The translations under genes were made by a program, and so were the position numbers. A stretch of DNA of 64,000 nucleotides from an uncultured Clostridia bacterium (GTDB lineage: Bacteria; Bacillota; Clostridia; TANB77; CAG-508), in NCBI GenBank assembly GCA_944392445.1, contig CALXWT010000001.1, forward strand, positions 12,630-76,629, in the 5' to 3' direction. Of this stretch, positions 1-9,332 are shown piece after piece (positions within the stretch are counted from its first letter, which is position 1; every line of letters begins with the position of its first letter). The notes under the pieces are model-generated. The model had not been told where the DNA came from. It did not search any database and saw only the letters and a list, made by a program, of their open reading frames with translations.

Positions 1-113
1 TTTATAGAAAAAATAATGCACTTTATACAATTTATCCAAAAGATGTTGATGTTGCAGTAAAGGATATAAAAAAATTTTTAGAGGAATATAAGAAAGGCAT
101 TTCGCAGGGATAG
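1..113 (+). CDS. adk: probable adenylate kinase, C-terminal end (partial, runs off 5' edge)
   Basis: Frame is open from the window edge to TAG 111-113. The peptide ...YRKNNALYTIYPKDVDVAVKDIKKFL resembles Adk C-termini. Position upstream of map-infA-rpmJ fits the conserved secY-adk-map order. Confidence 0.45.
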   Translation, partial: YRKNNALYTIYPKDVDVAVKDIKKFLEEYKKGISQG

Positions 114-246
114 GCTCTGGAGCAACGGCGAAATATATGTCACTCGTTTCACTCGGACGGCCCAAGGAAGCCTAACCTTGTTTTATAGGAAAAATTGCTA
201 TGAATACAAAATTATTAAGCAAAGAGTCAATTTTTCCTATAAAATA
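114..246. repeat. structured intergenic element: CG-rich core plus hairpin with 17-bp arms
   Basis: Core 114-180 is unusually CG-rich for this genome. Arms TTTTATAGGAAAAATTG (181-197) and CAATTTTTCCTATAAAA (228-244) are perfectly complementary. Confidence 0.6.
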
Positions 247-307
247 GAAGATGCAATTAGTTATAAATAAAATGTAAAAAAATTAACTAATTCAAAGGAG
301 GTTAAGA

Positions 308-1078
308 GTGGTTACTATAAAATCAGAAAAAGAAATTAAATTGATGAGGGAAGCTTGTAGAGTTACAGGATTAGTATACAAAGAAATAGAAAAGGTTATT
401 AGACCTGGCATGACTACCATGGAATTAGATAAGTTTGCCGAAAAGGTAATCAAAGAAAATGGAGGAATATCTGCCCAAAAGGGATATCCAAGTGGTATGA
501 AAGGTGTACCTCCATTTCCTGCAAACTTATGCATATCAATAAATGATGAGGTAATTCATGGAATACCATCTCATAAAAAAATAATAAGAGATGGGGATGT
601 GGTAAGTATAGACTTAGTAGTATACAAAGATGGCTTTAATGGAGATGCAGCTAGAACATTCATAGTGGGAAATGCTTCTGACGAAGCAAAAAGATTGGTA
701 GAGATAACTCAAAAAGCATTCTTCGAAGGAATTAAATATGCAGTAAAAGGAAACAGAATAGGAGATATATCACATGCAATTGGCGAATTTGTAGAAAAAA
801 ATGGATATAATGTAGTAAGAGAATTTCAAGGCCATGGAATTGGCAGGGAAATGCATGAAGATCCAGGTATACCAAACTATGGAAAAGCAGGCAGAGGAGT
901 AAGATTAGAACCAGGAATGACATTAGCCATAGAACCAATGGTTATAGCTGGAGCTAGAGATATATATCAAGACTATGATGGATGGACAATACTTACACAA
1001 GATGGAAGCTTATCTGCACACTATGAAAATACTATTTTAATAACAGAAAAAGAGCCAGAAGTCTTGACATTAGTTTAA
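308..1078 (+). CDS. map: type I methionine aminopeptidase
   Basis: 256 aa ORF with GTG start 6 nt after AAAGGAGG. Carries typical MetAP metal-binding motifs (DGDVVSIDL, GHGIGREMHE, LAIEPM). Confidence 0.93.
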   Translation: MVTIKSEKEIKLMREACRVTGLVYKEIEKVIRPGMTTMELDKFAEKVIKENGGISAQKGYPSGMKGVPPFPANLCISINDEVIHGIPSHKKIIRDGDVVSIDLVVYKDGFNGDAARTFIVGNASDEAKRLVEITQKAFFEGIKYAVKGNRIGDISHAIGEFVEKNGYNVVREFQGHGIGREMHEDPGIPNYGKAGRGVRLEPGMTLAIEPMVIAGARDIYQDYDGWTILTQDGSLSAHYENTILITEKEPEVLTLV

Positions 1079-1151
1079 TTTTGTTATATACTATATGGGT
1101 ATTTAATATAAAATAGTATAATTGACTAAAAATAAAAAATGGAGGACAATC

Positions 1152-1370
1152 ATGTCAAAAGAGGATGTTATAGAAGTTGAAGGAACTGTTGTTGAAACAT
1201 TGCCTAATACTACATTTAAAGTAGAACTTGAAAATGGACATCAAATATTAGCTCATATTTCAGGAAAATTAAGAATGAATTATATTAAAATTCTACCAGG
1301 TGATAAAGTTAAAGTAGAATTATCTCCTTATGATTTAAACCGCGGAAGAATTACTTGGAGAGCTAAATAA
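1152..1370 (+). CDS. infA: translation initiation factor IF-1
   Basis: [30 protein letters not shown]...RITWR is canonical IF-1. The internal ATG at 1152 follows GGAGG; the upstream part of the track ORF is likely spurious. Confidence 0.95.
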   Translation: MSKEDVIEVEGTVVETLPNTTFKVELENGHQILAHISGKLRMNYIKILPGDKVKVELSPYDLNRGRITWRAK

Positions 1371-1424
1371 ATTAAGATTAACCCAAACATATATAAATAA
1401 TTCTAAAATAGTGAGGTGTAAAAA

Positions 1425-1538
1425 ATGAAAGTAAGACCATCAGTAAAACCAATATGCGAAAAATGTAAAGTAATTAAAAGAAAAGGTGTAATTAGAGTTA
1501 TTTGCGAAAACCCTAAACACAAACAAAGACAAGGATAG
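1425..1538 (+). CDS. rpmJ: 50S ribosomal protein L36
   Basis: Hand-translated 37 aa: [46 protein letters not shown] lies upstream. Too short to appear in the ORF track. Confidence 0.95.
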   Translation: MKVRPSVKPICEKCKVIKRKGVIRVICENPKHKQRQG

Positions 1539-1560
1539 TATAATTTATTAAAATGTTAAT

Positions 1561-1629
1561 AACACAAATTAGATTGCGGCTGTAACTGTTAGAAAAATAA
1601 TCTAACAGTTATATATCGGATTTGTGTTT
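1561..1629. repeat. imperfect palindrome in rpmJ-rpsM spacer
   Basis: AACACAAAT...CTGTAACTGTTAG / CTAACAGTTA...ATTTGTGTT. Outer 9-bp and inner 10-bp stems are separated by an internal loop. Confidence 0.6.
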
Positions 1630-1754
1630 AATATATTGTTTGAAAACATATTAAAGACTGGTTTAGCAGACCAGTGCATTTCACCTTTAATAAAGCTCAA
1701 GCAAAAAAACAAAAATATAAGAAATAAAAAACAAGTGGAGGTGCTAAGAAAATT

Positions 1755-2123
1755 ATGGCTCGTTTAGCAGGAATTGATTTACCTAGAGAAAAAAGAGTTG
1801 AGATTGGATTAACATACATATATGGTATAGGTTTAACAAGCTCACAAAAAATATTAAAAGCAGCAAATGTAAATCCAGATACAAGAGTTAAAGATTTAAC
1901 AGATGACCAAGTAGCAGCTATAAGAAAAGCTATGGAAGGTTATAAAGTAGAGGGAGACTTACGTAGAGAAGTTGCTTTAAATATTAAAAGACTTACAGAA
2001 ATAGGATGCTATAGAGGTCTAAGACATAGAAAAGGCTTACCTGTTAGAGGACAAAGAACAAAAACTAATGCTCGTACAAGAAAAGGTCCTAGGAAGTTAG
2101 TTAGTAAGAGCAAAAAAGACTAG
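1755..2123 (+). CDS. rpsM: 30S ribosomal protein S13
   Basis: [26 protein letters not shown]... is canonical S13. Confidence 0.97.
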   Translation: MARLAGIDLPREKRVEIGLTYIYGIGLTSSQKILKAANVNPDTRVKDLTDDQVAAIRKAMEGYKVEGDLRREVALNIKRLTEIGCYRGLRHRKGLPVRGQRTKTNARTRKGPRKLVSKSKKD

Positions 2124-2124
2124 C

Positions 2125-2249
2125 AAAACAAATGAAAAGCTTCGTATTGCGTTGTCAAGCGTCGCATAAAATTTTTTCGATATACAATACGTATAATCTC
2201 AAAAATTTTAGCTAGCTTTCCTAGCACTACTTGCTTTTGATTTGTTTTG
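2125..2249. repeat. long imperfect palindrome directly after rpsM
   Basis: CAAAACAAATGAAAAGC (2125-) pairs with GCTTTTGATTTGTTTTG (2233-2249). The interior has further complementary A/T runs and a CG-rich core. Confidence 0.55.
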
Positions 2250-2410
2250 AAATTCTGATTATAGCGATGCGCTTCTAATTCGAATTATGAAAGCAAATGA
2301 AAGAATAAAGTAGTTTTTGATTTGTTTTGAAATTCTGATTATAGCGATGCGCTTCTAATTCGAATTATGAAAGCAAATGAAAGAATAAAATAGCTTTTGA
2401 TTTGTTTTGT
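2231..2410 (+). repeat. 80-bp tandem repeat, about 2.25 copies, in rpsM-rpsK spacer
   Basis: Units start at 2231, 2311 and 2391. Positions 2236-2309 and 2316-2389 are identical. Each unit contains the palindrome AGCGATGCGCT. Confidence 0.9.
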
Positions 2411-2501
2411 AACCAAAGAATAAAAAGAAAATTAGTTTTCTAAAATAAAAAATAAAAATTTTACATAATAGTAATATTTCTAAAAAGGAGGAAAAACTAA
2501 A

Positions 2502-2897
2502 ATGGCTAAAAATGTAACAAAAAAAGTAACTAGAAGAAAAGATAGAAAAAATATCGAAAAAGGTATGGCTCATATTCATTCTAGTTTTAACAACACAATA
2601 GTTACAATAAGCGATACTCAAGGTAATGTATTATCTTGGGCAAGTGCCGGAGAACTTGGATTTAAAGGTTCAAGAAAAAGTACACCATTTGCAGCTGGAG
2701 AAGCAGCTGAAACAGCAGCTAAGGCAGCAATGGAACATGGACTAAAAACAGTAGAAGTTTATGTTAAAGGACCAGGTTCTGGACGTGAAGCAGCAATTAG
2801 GTCATTACAATCAGCAGGATTAGAAATTAGTAGTATTAAGGACGTAACTCCAATACCACATAATGGTTGTAGACCACCAAAAAGACGTAGAGTTTAA
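2502..2897 (+). CDS. rpsK: 30S ribosomal protein S11
   Basis: ...[30 protein letters not shown]...[13 protein letters not shown] is canonical S11. Confidence 0.97.
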   Translation: MAKNVTKKVTRRKDRKNIEKGMAHIHSSFNNTIVTISDTQGNVLSWASAGELGFKGSRKSTPFAAGEAAETAAKAAMEHGLKTVEVYVKGPGSGREAAIRSLQSAGLEISSIKDVTPIPHNGCRPPKRRRV

Positions 2898-2928
2898 TAA
2901 AAAATATATAGGAAGGTGAAAATTAAAA

Positions 2929-3555
2929 ATGGCAAGATATAAAGATGAACAATGCCGTATTTGCCGTAGAGAAGGACAAAAATTGTTTTTAAAAGGTTCA
3001 AGATGTTATACTGACAAATGTAGCATATCAAGAAGAAATTATGCACCAGGACAAAATGGTCAAAAGAAGAAAAAACTTTCTGAATATGGTACTCAATTAA
3101 GAGAAAAACAAAAAACTAAAGCTTACTATGGAGTAAGTGAAAAACAATTTAGAAAATACTTTGAAATGGCTTTAACAGAAAAAGGTATTACAGGTGAAGT
3201 ATTACTTCAAATATTAGAAAGTAGATTAGATAATGTAGTATATAGATTAGGTTTCGGAAGTTCAAGAGCACAAGCAAGAATGCTTGTAACACATGGAGCT
3301 TTTGAAGTAAATGGACATAAAGTTGATATACCATCATATTTAGTAAAAGCAGGAGATGTAATTTCTGTAAGAGAAATAAGAAAAGACAATGGAGCTATAA
3401 AAGTTAATGTGGAAGAAAATATAGCAAGACCAGTTCCAGCTTGGCTTGAAAAAGATGCTGAAAAATTAAGTGGAAAAGTTGTTAGATTAGCAGAAAGAGA
3501 AGAAGTTGATTTACCAGTAGAAGAACACTTAATAGTTGAGCTTTACTCTAAATAA
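2929..3555 (+). CDS. rpsD: 30S ribosomal protein S4
   Basis: [23 protein letters not shown]...[14 protein letters not shown] is canonical S4. Confidence 0.97.
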   Translation: MARYKDEQCRICRREGQKLFLKGSRCYTDKCSISRRNYAPGQNGQKKKKLSEYGTQLREKQKTKAYYGVSEKQFRKYFEMALTEKGITGEVLLQILESRLDNVVYRLGFGSSRAQARMLVTHGAFEVNGHKVDIPSYLVKAGDVISVREIRKDNGAIKVNVEENIARPVPAWLEKDAEKLSGKVVRLAEREEVDLPVEEHLIVELYSK

Positions 3556-3561
3556 TAGCTA

Positions 3562-3670
3562 GAAGTTAGATGAAAAAATTTAGAAATTAAAAAGGCAGAA
3601 TTTCTAAAATTAAATAAATGATGAAGTAGGGTAAAAGTTAAATTTTTTTAACTACCAACCTCTAACTTCT
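3562..3670. repeat. nested hairpins in rpsD-rpoA spacer
   Basis: AGAAGTTAGA (3562-) is complementary to TCTAACTTCT (3661-3670). Inner hairpin: TTTAGAAATT/AATTTCTAAA. Confidence 0.5.
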
Positions 3671-3688
3671 AAAAATTAGGAGGTAAAA

Positions 3689-4636
3689 ATGATAGAATTT
3701 GAAAGACCAAATATCAAATGCTTAGAAATTGATAATGATAGTAACTATGCAAAATTTGTATGTGAACCATTAGAAAGAGGATATGGCATAACAATAGGAA
3801 ATTCGCTAAGAAGAATATTACTATCTTCACTTCCTGGAAGTGCTATTACAAGTGTAAAGATAGAAGGTGTTTTACATGAGTTTTCTACAATACCAAATGT
3901 TGTAGAAGATGTTCCAGAAATAGTTATTAATCTAAAAAATGTTAGATTAAAATTAGACAAAAATGAAGAAAAAACATTAAGAATAGATGTTAGAGAGCCT
4001 GGAGAAGTAAAGGCAGGAGACATCATTACAGATGGAACAGTAGAAATATTAAATCCAGATTTACATATAGCAACAGTTTCAGAGGGTGGAACACTAAAGA
4101 TGGAACTAACAGCTGATATGGGTAGAGGATATAATAACGCTGAGAAGAACAAAAAACCAGATCAACCAATAGGCGTTCTACCAATAGACTCAATCTATAC
4201 ACCAGTTAAAAAAGTAAATTACTCTGTTGAAAACACAAGAGTTGGACAAAGAGTAGATTATGATAAATTAACAATAGAAGTATGGACAGATGGAAGTTTA
4301 AAACCTTATGAAGCATTAAGTTTAGCTGCAAAGGTTATGACAGGACATCTAGAATTATTTATAGATTTATCAGAGACAGCGAAAAATACTCAAGTAATGG
4401 TTGAAAAAGAAGAAAACAAGAAAGAAAGAGTATTAGAAATGTCAATAGAAGATCTTGAATTATCTGTAAGATCATTTAACTGTTTAAAAAGAGCAGGAAT
4501 ATCAACTGTTGAAGATTTAACAAACAAATCTGAAGCAGATATGATGAAAGTTAGAAACCTAGGAAAGAAATCTTTAGATGAAGTAACTAATAAACTTCAT
4601 GCTTTAGGATTAGATTTTAGAAGAGATGATGAATAA
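3689..4636 (+). CDS. rpoA: DNA-directed RNA polymerase alpha subunit
   Basis: 315 aa with conserved N-terminal domain. C-terminal domain motif: [22 protein letters not shown]. Confidence 0.97.
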   Translation: MIEFERPNIKCLEIDNDSNYAKFVCEPLERGYGITIGNSLRRILLSSLPGSAITSVKIEGVLHEFSTIPNVVEDVPEIVINLKNVRLKLDKNEEKTLRIDVREPGEVKAGDIITDGTVEILNPDLHIATVSEGGTLKMELTADMGRGYNNAEKNKKPDQPIGVLPIDSIYTPVKKVNYSVENTRVGQRVDYDKLTIEVWTDGSLKPYEALSLAAKVMTGHLELFIDLSETAKNTQVMVEKEENKKERVLEMSIEDLELSVRSFNCLKRAGISTVEDLTNKSEADMMKVRNLGKKSLDEVTNKLHALGLDFRRDDE

Positions 4637-4668
4637 AGCAATAACACAATAAAGAGGAGGAAAATAAA

Positions 4669-5193
4669 GTGGCAACTAATAGAAAATTAGGTAAAACAAC
4701 TGACATTAGATTAGCTATGCTTAAAACTCTAACTACTGATTTAATTCTACACGGAAAAATAGAAACAACAGAAGCTAGAGCTAAAGAAGTAAAAGCAATA
4801 GCTGATAGCTTAATTTCATTAGCAATGAAAGAAAAAGATAATTTTGAAACAGTTGATGTAAAAGTTTCAAAAGCAAAATTAGATGCTAAGGGAAATAAAG
4901 TAACAGAACTTGTAAAAAGCAAGAACGGTAAAGAATATCTAAGAGTAGTTAGAGAAGAAACTACTGAAAAAAGACAAAAAGATATGCCATCAAGATTAAA
5001 TGCAAGAAGAAAAATGATGAAAACATTAAACAAAGTAAAAGATGAAGATGGAAAGAATATAGACTTAACTGCAAAACTATTCAACGAAATAGCACCAAAA
5101 TATGAAGGAAGAGTTGGAGGATACACAAGAATCATAAAACTTGGACAAAGAAGAGGAGACGCAGCAGAAGTAGTTATATTACAATTAGTTTAA
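4669..5193 (+). CDS. rplQ: 50S ribosomal protein L17 with ~55-60 aa internal insertion
   Basis: GTG start after GAGGAGG. The N-terminus ([36 protein letters not shown]) and C-terminus ([25 protein letters not shown]) are canonical L17. It is 174 aa against the usual ~113-120. Confidence 0.9.
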   Translation: MATNRKLGKTTDIRLAMLKTLTTDLILHGKIETTEARAKEVKAIADSLISLAMKEKDNFETVDVKVSKAKLDAKGNKVTELVKSKNGKEYLRVVREETTEKRQKDMPSRLNARRKMMKTLNKVKDEDGKNIDLTAKLFNEIAPKYEGRVGGYTRIIKLGQRRGDAAEVVILQLV

Positions 5194-5228
5194 AATAAAG
5201 TCAAAAAAGATGAATGAAATTTAAGGGG

Positions 5229-5254
5229 GCAACAATAATGTTGCTTCTTTTTTT
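5229..5254 (+). terminator. weak intrinsic terminator after rplQ
   Basis: GCAACA-ATAA-TGTTGC stem-loop followed by TTCTTTTTTT. Confidence 0.45.
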
Positions 5255-5390
5255 GTCGGGTTTGGGGACAGGCTCTTTTCTGACAAACTTGTCTGGTTTG
5301 GGGACAGGCTCTTTTCCGACAAACTTGTCGGGTTTGGGGACAGGTCTATCTGGGACATACATGTCATAGTGAGGAACAGGTTGGAGGAAC
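5253..5390 (-). repeat. REP array, 36-bp period, 3 good copies plus 1 degenerate (reverse orientation)
   Basis: TTGTCGGGTTTGGGGACAGGCTCTTTTC(T/C)GACAAAC units start at 5253, 5289 and 5325. A degenerate copy lies on the gene-proximal side. Confidence 0.9.
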
Positions 5391-5532
5391 ATAGTTTTGC
5401 TTTTTGTGGGGAAAGTATTTAATATACGATTAACTAAAATTAACAGTAATACATATTATATTATAACCAATAATCATTTGATTGTAGTAAATTAGATAAA
5501 TCATATAACAAATATAAGTTGGAGGTAATATA

Positions 5533-5889
5533 ATGCTTAATTTTATATTAAATGAAATATTATGGACACTTGCACTTTATGGCCTTTTTGAAATTATTAA
5601 AAATATTATATATATTTGTACATATACAAATTTAAAATCAGATGGAATCTATATAATAATAGCAGCTAAAAATCAGGAAAATAAAATAGAAGGATTTTTG
5701 CGTACAATACTCTTTAGGATAATGTATGGTAAAGAAGATTGTGTGAAAGACGTGATTGTAACAGACTTGGACTCTACTGATGATACTATGAAAATTTTAA
5801 ACAAACTTAGTAAAGACTATGATGAGATAAAAGTTGTAAATTGGAAAGAATGCAAAGAAGTAATTGATAACATAAAAGAAGCTAATTAA
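5533..5889 (+). CDS. hypothetical membrane-anchored protein with weak GT-A (family 2 glycosyltransferase N-half)-like signature
   Basis: 118 aa, RBS GGAGG, N-terminal hydrophobic segment. IIIAAKNQENKIE...VIVTDLDSTDDT resembles the GT2 nucleotide-binding half. Function not established. Confidence 0.4.
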   Translation: MLNFILNEILWTLALYGLFEIIKNIIYICTYTNLKSDGIYIIIAAKNQENKIEGFLRTILFRIMYGKEDCVKDVIVTDLDSTDDTMKILNKLSKDYDEIKVVNWKECKEVIDNIKEAN

Positions 5890-5967
5890 CATAAAGCTAG
5901 CAAATTAAACATTGTAAATGGATTTATATTATGATATAATTCATTCATAATGATAGGCTTCTAAATA

Positions 5968-6103
5968 CCGGCTTGTCCCTAAAAATGACACATATGTCTC
6001 AAATAGACCTGTCCCCAAACCCGACAAGTTTGTCGGAAAAGAGCCTGTCCCCAAACCCGACAAGTTTGTCGGAAAAGAGCCTGTCCCTAAACCCGACAAA
6101 ACT
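5968..6103 (+). repeat. REP array, 36-bp period, 1 degenerate plus ~2.7 good copies (forward orientation)
   Basis: CCTGTCCCCAAACCCGACAAGTTTGTCGGAAAAGAG units start at 6008, 6044 and 6080. This is the mirror image of array 5253-5390. Confidence 0.9.
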
Positions 6104-6125
6104 ATACAAAAAAGAGGTACACACA

Positions 6126-8542
6126 TTGGAATTACAAGGAGAAGTTATAGAAATAATATATAAAAACGATTTAAATAGTTATTGCATTGCTGCGTTAAAG
6201 TTGGATAAAAATTCTATTATGCAGAACAAAAAGAAAAACAGCAATAAATATGATGGCAACCAAATAGAATTTAAATATACTAACAATGTAGATAATGATG
6301 ATTATACAAATGAAATAATAGATAATATAGATGAGGAAATTACTATAGTAGGGTATCTACCATTTGTAAATATTGGAGATACTCTTAAAGCTATGGGAAA
6401 ATTTGTAGAACACCAAGAGTATGGTCTTCAATTTAAGGTAGATACTTTTGAAAAGATGATGCCACAAACCACTAAAGCTTTAGAACGCTATTTGGCAAAT
6501 TGTGGAATTAAAGGTGTTGGTCCTGCTACTGCAAGAAATATTGTCGAAACTTTTGGGGAAGACACATTAAATATCTTTAAGTTTGAACCAGCTAAATTGG
6601 CTCAGATTAAAGGAATAACCAAAGATAGAGCTATAGAAATAGCAAATACTTTTATAGAAAACTGGGAAGTTTGGCAACTTGTTGGCTTTTTAGACAAGTT
6701 TGGTATAGGACCACAAAATGCAGAAAAGATTTATAAAGCGCTTGGCATAAATGCAATTGATGAGATAGAGAGCAATCCATACATTTTAGTGGATTTGGTA
6801 AATAAAGTTAATTTTGAGCAAATTGATAAGATGGCACTTAATTTAGGTGTTGAATATAATAATGAGAAGAGGGTTAGAAGTGGTATTAAACATGCACTAA
6901 TACTTATGACATATAATGGGCATTGTTGTACTAGATATGAAGGGCTAATAGATTTTGTAAAGAAACTACTTGGCGTAAGTGAAAATGATATTGAAGATGT
7001 AATTATTAATATGAAAGCTAAAGAAGATATTGTACTAGAAGAAAGAGATGGAGAAGAGTGGGTATATTTATACCAATACTATGAGGCAGAAGCAAATGTA
7101 GCAAGACGTTTAATTGAATTAGATGAATATAAAAATATAAAAAAAATAGATAGATTTGAGAAAGAACTAGAATTATTTGAAGAAAAATCTAGTATAGAAC
7201 TATCTGAAAAGCAAATTGAAGCGATAAGTGCAATAAATGATAATAATGTTTGTGTTATAACAGGACGGACCTGGTACTGGTAAAACCACAATTATAAAAA
7301 CAATAATAGATATATTTAAACATAATGAAATGAAGCCCGTGCTTTGTGCTCCAACGGGCAGAGCTGCTAAGAAGATGACAGAAGCAACAGGAAATGAGGC
7401 TAGTACCCTACATAGATTGCTAGAGATAGGAAAGATTTCTGATGAAAACCAAGGCATAAATCCGGATTTTTCTGTTGCACCTATTGACGGAGATATAGTA
7501 ATTGTAGATGAAATGTCGATGGTGGATTTGTTCTTAATGAATTATTTATGCAAAGCTCTATATAAAGGTACTAAACTGGTTTTAGTAGGAGATATTGATC
7601 AGCTACCATCGGTTGGCCCAGGAAATGTTCTAAAAGATATTATTGAATCTGATAAAATAACTACAATTAGACTTAACAAAATTTTTAGACAAGCAGCTAA
7701 AAGCAAAATTATAGTAAATGCACATAGAGTAAACGAAGGTAAAGGATTTATAATAAAAGAGGAGATAGACGATTTGGAAAATTCTAACAAAGAGGAAATA
7801 GAGAGAAAAAATAGCAATGATGCCGAAATTCAAAAAGAAAGTAAAAGTGGAGGATTTTTAGAGGACTTTTTCTTTGTGAATGAAACCAAAAAAGACAAAA
7901 TTTTATATAATGTTCTGTCTTTAAGTGGAGAAAGGCTGAAAAGCTATGGCGATTATGATTTTTTTAAAAACATACAAATTATAACACCAACCAAAAAAGG
8001 TGACTTAGGAACAAAGGAGTTAAATAAGCTAATACAGAATACTGTAAATCCAGCTTCTGATACTAAAAAAGAGAAAAAGTTTGGAGATAATCTTTTTAGA
8101 GAAGGAGATAGGATAATGCAAGTAAAAAACAATTATGATATCTATTGGGAGCGTAAAGAACCAATTTTTGAAAGTGGAAGTGGTGTGTTCAATGGTGAGT
8201 TTGGAACAATAGAAAAAATAGATGATTTTAATAAGCAAGTGAAAATTAAGTTTGATGATGATAAACAGGTCTGGTATCAATATACTGATTTAGAGCAAAT
8301 AGAACATGCATATGCTATAACTGTTCATAAAGCACAACGGTAGTGAGTTTGATGTGGTAATAATGCCTATTTCGCAAACTGCACCAATGCTACTTACAAG
8401 AAACTTGCTTTATACTGGCATGACTAGAGCAAAGAAACTACTAATTATTATAGGCAGTAAAAATATAATAGACTTTATGATAAATAATAATGACAATAAA
8501 AAAAGAAATACTGGATTGGCTTTTAAGATGATAAATATATAG
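6126..8542 (+). CDS. recD2: RecD2-type ATP-dependent helicase (SF1), split into 3 ORFs by two single-C (+1) shifts
   Basis: Probable TTG start at 6126 after AAGAGG; the track ORF upstream is translated REP array. Shows helix-hairpin-helix region, Walker A, DEMSMVD and motif VI. The frame is restored by skipping C7266 and C8338, giving ~804 aa. Confidence 0.85.
7266..7268 (+). other. in-frame CGG at ORF break; +1 continuation restores Walker A glycine
   Basis: ATA ACA GGA CGG ACC TGG.. reaches a stop after 4 more codons. Skipping the C gives GGA CCT GGT ACT GGT AAA ACC ACA = ITG-GPGTGKTT. Confidence 0.7.
8338..8340 (+). other. in-frame CGG at ORF break; +1 continuation restores helicase motif VI glycine
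   Basis: CAT AAA GCA CAA CGG TAG. Skipping the C gives GGT AGT GAG TTT GAT GTG = HKAQ-GSEFDV. Confidence 0.7.
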
Positions 8543-8602
8543 TTTAAAAATAAAGTCATTTCAAAACAATAGATATTCGGGGGAATGTTTTAGGAGGTTA
8601 AA

Positions 8603-9256
8603 GTGAATCTTATAGAAAAGGCTCTCGAATATATTTTTGTACCAAGTTGTGGAGTTTGTGGCAAGATTGGCGAAGGTTATTTGTGCAAAAATTGTGGAAA
8701 AGTCCTAGAAAGATATGTGGAATGTGATGATAATTTTGCAAATTTGAGGGAAGATATAGAGAAAAAGAAATTGCATATTTTTCAATACAAAGAAATAGTA
8801 AGAAAGCTAATTATTCAATACAAATTTAACAACAAATCCTATCTATACAAAACTTTTTGTGAATTTATTGTAAAAAATAAAAAAGCTTTTGATTTTATAA
8901 AAAGTTATGATATAATAATTCCAGTTCCGATGCATAATAAAAAAAGAGCTTTAAGAGGCTATAATCAAAGTGAATTGATTGCAAAAGAACTAGCAAAGAA
9001 AATGAAAATAAAAATTTTTACAGATGTTCTTATTAAGACAAAAAACAATAAAGTTCAAAGTAGCTTAAATAAGGAAGACAGAAAAAACAATGTGAAGGAT
9101 GTATATAAATTAGTCAATAAAGAGAAAATATACAATAAAAAAGTATTGATTTTTGATGATATATATACAACTGGAGCTACTATAGAAGCATGCAAAAGAG
9201 AAATATTAAAAGCAGATGTAAAACAACTTGGAATATTGACACTGGCAAAGGACTAG
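8603..9256 (+). CDS. comFC: ComF family protein (phosphoribosyltransferase-like, ComFC)
   Basis: GTG start after AGGAGG. N-terminal CxxC...CxxC zinc finger and C-terminal PRTase motif VLIFDDIYTTGAT. Confidence 0.85.
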   Translation: MNLIEKALEYIFVPSCGVCGKIGEGYLCKNCGKVLERYVECDDNFANLREDIEKKKLHIFQYKEIVRKLIIQYKFNNKSYLYKTFCEFIVKNKKAFDFIKSYDIIIPVPMHNKKRALRGYNQSELIAKELAKKMKIKIFTDVLIKTKNNKVQSSLNKEDRKNNVKDVYKLVNKEKIYNKKVLIFDDIYTTGATIEACKREILKADVKQLGILTLAKD

Positions 9257-9332
9257 ATAGTAGGTACCAATAGGAAAATACTGAAGAATAAAATATGGAT
9301 AATTAGTCCGAATTGTAAGAAAGGAGAAACGA

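Noticed and set aside
114-180. CG-rich segment after adk as an SRP/4.5S-like RNA or riboswitch (contains CCCAAGGAAGCC, vaguely like the SRP domain IV GGAAGGAAGCAGCC)
   Set aside because: Only a short partial resemblance. There is no symmetric-loop/GNAR tetraloop context and no recognisable riboswitch core. It is better grouped with the other CG-rich palindrome cores.
3745-4152. Long antisense ORFs inside conserved genes (for example 3745-4152, 4617-5135, 11432-11986, 13225-13638, 19308-19763, 38873-39424, 42549-43115, 53274-53747, 56828-57379)
   Set aside because: They are shadow ORFs opposite well-supported genes. Their products are Ser/Phe/Ile/Leu-rich, they lack an RBS, and they are typical of AT-rich genomes with purine-rich coding strands.
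5201-5392. Track ORFs 5201-5392(-), 5941-6126(-), 39596-39850(-), and the first 51 codons of ORF 5973-7283(+)
   Set aside because: Their products are just translated REP arrays (repeating [12 protein letters not shown] or SPNPTSLSEKSL) with no RBS. recD2 more plausibly starts at TTG 6126.
5253-6103. The 36-bp direct repeat arrays (also 38071-38127 and 39621-39720) as CRISPR arrays
   Set aside because: The repeats are contiguous with a 36-bp period, so there are no unique spacers between them. Each unit is itself palindromic, no cas genes or leader are present, and the arrays occur in both orientations. They are REP-type repeats.
7266-8340. Treating the recD2, disA, truA and tadA-like breaks as ordinary pseudogenes or random sequencing indels
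   Set aside because: Not fully excluded. It is disfavoured because all seven lesions are the same event (an extra C creating an in-frame CGG before a conserved Gly codon), none lies in a homopolymer, and the genes carry no other damage. I kept it as a finding, with read-level validation as the decisive test.
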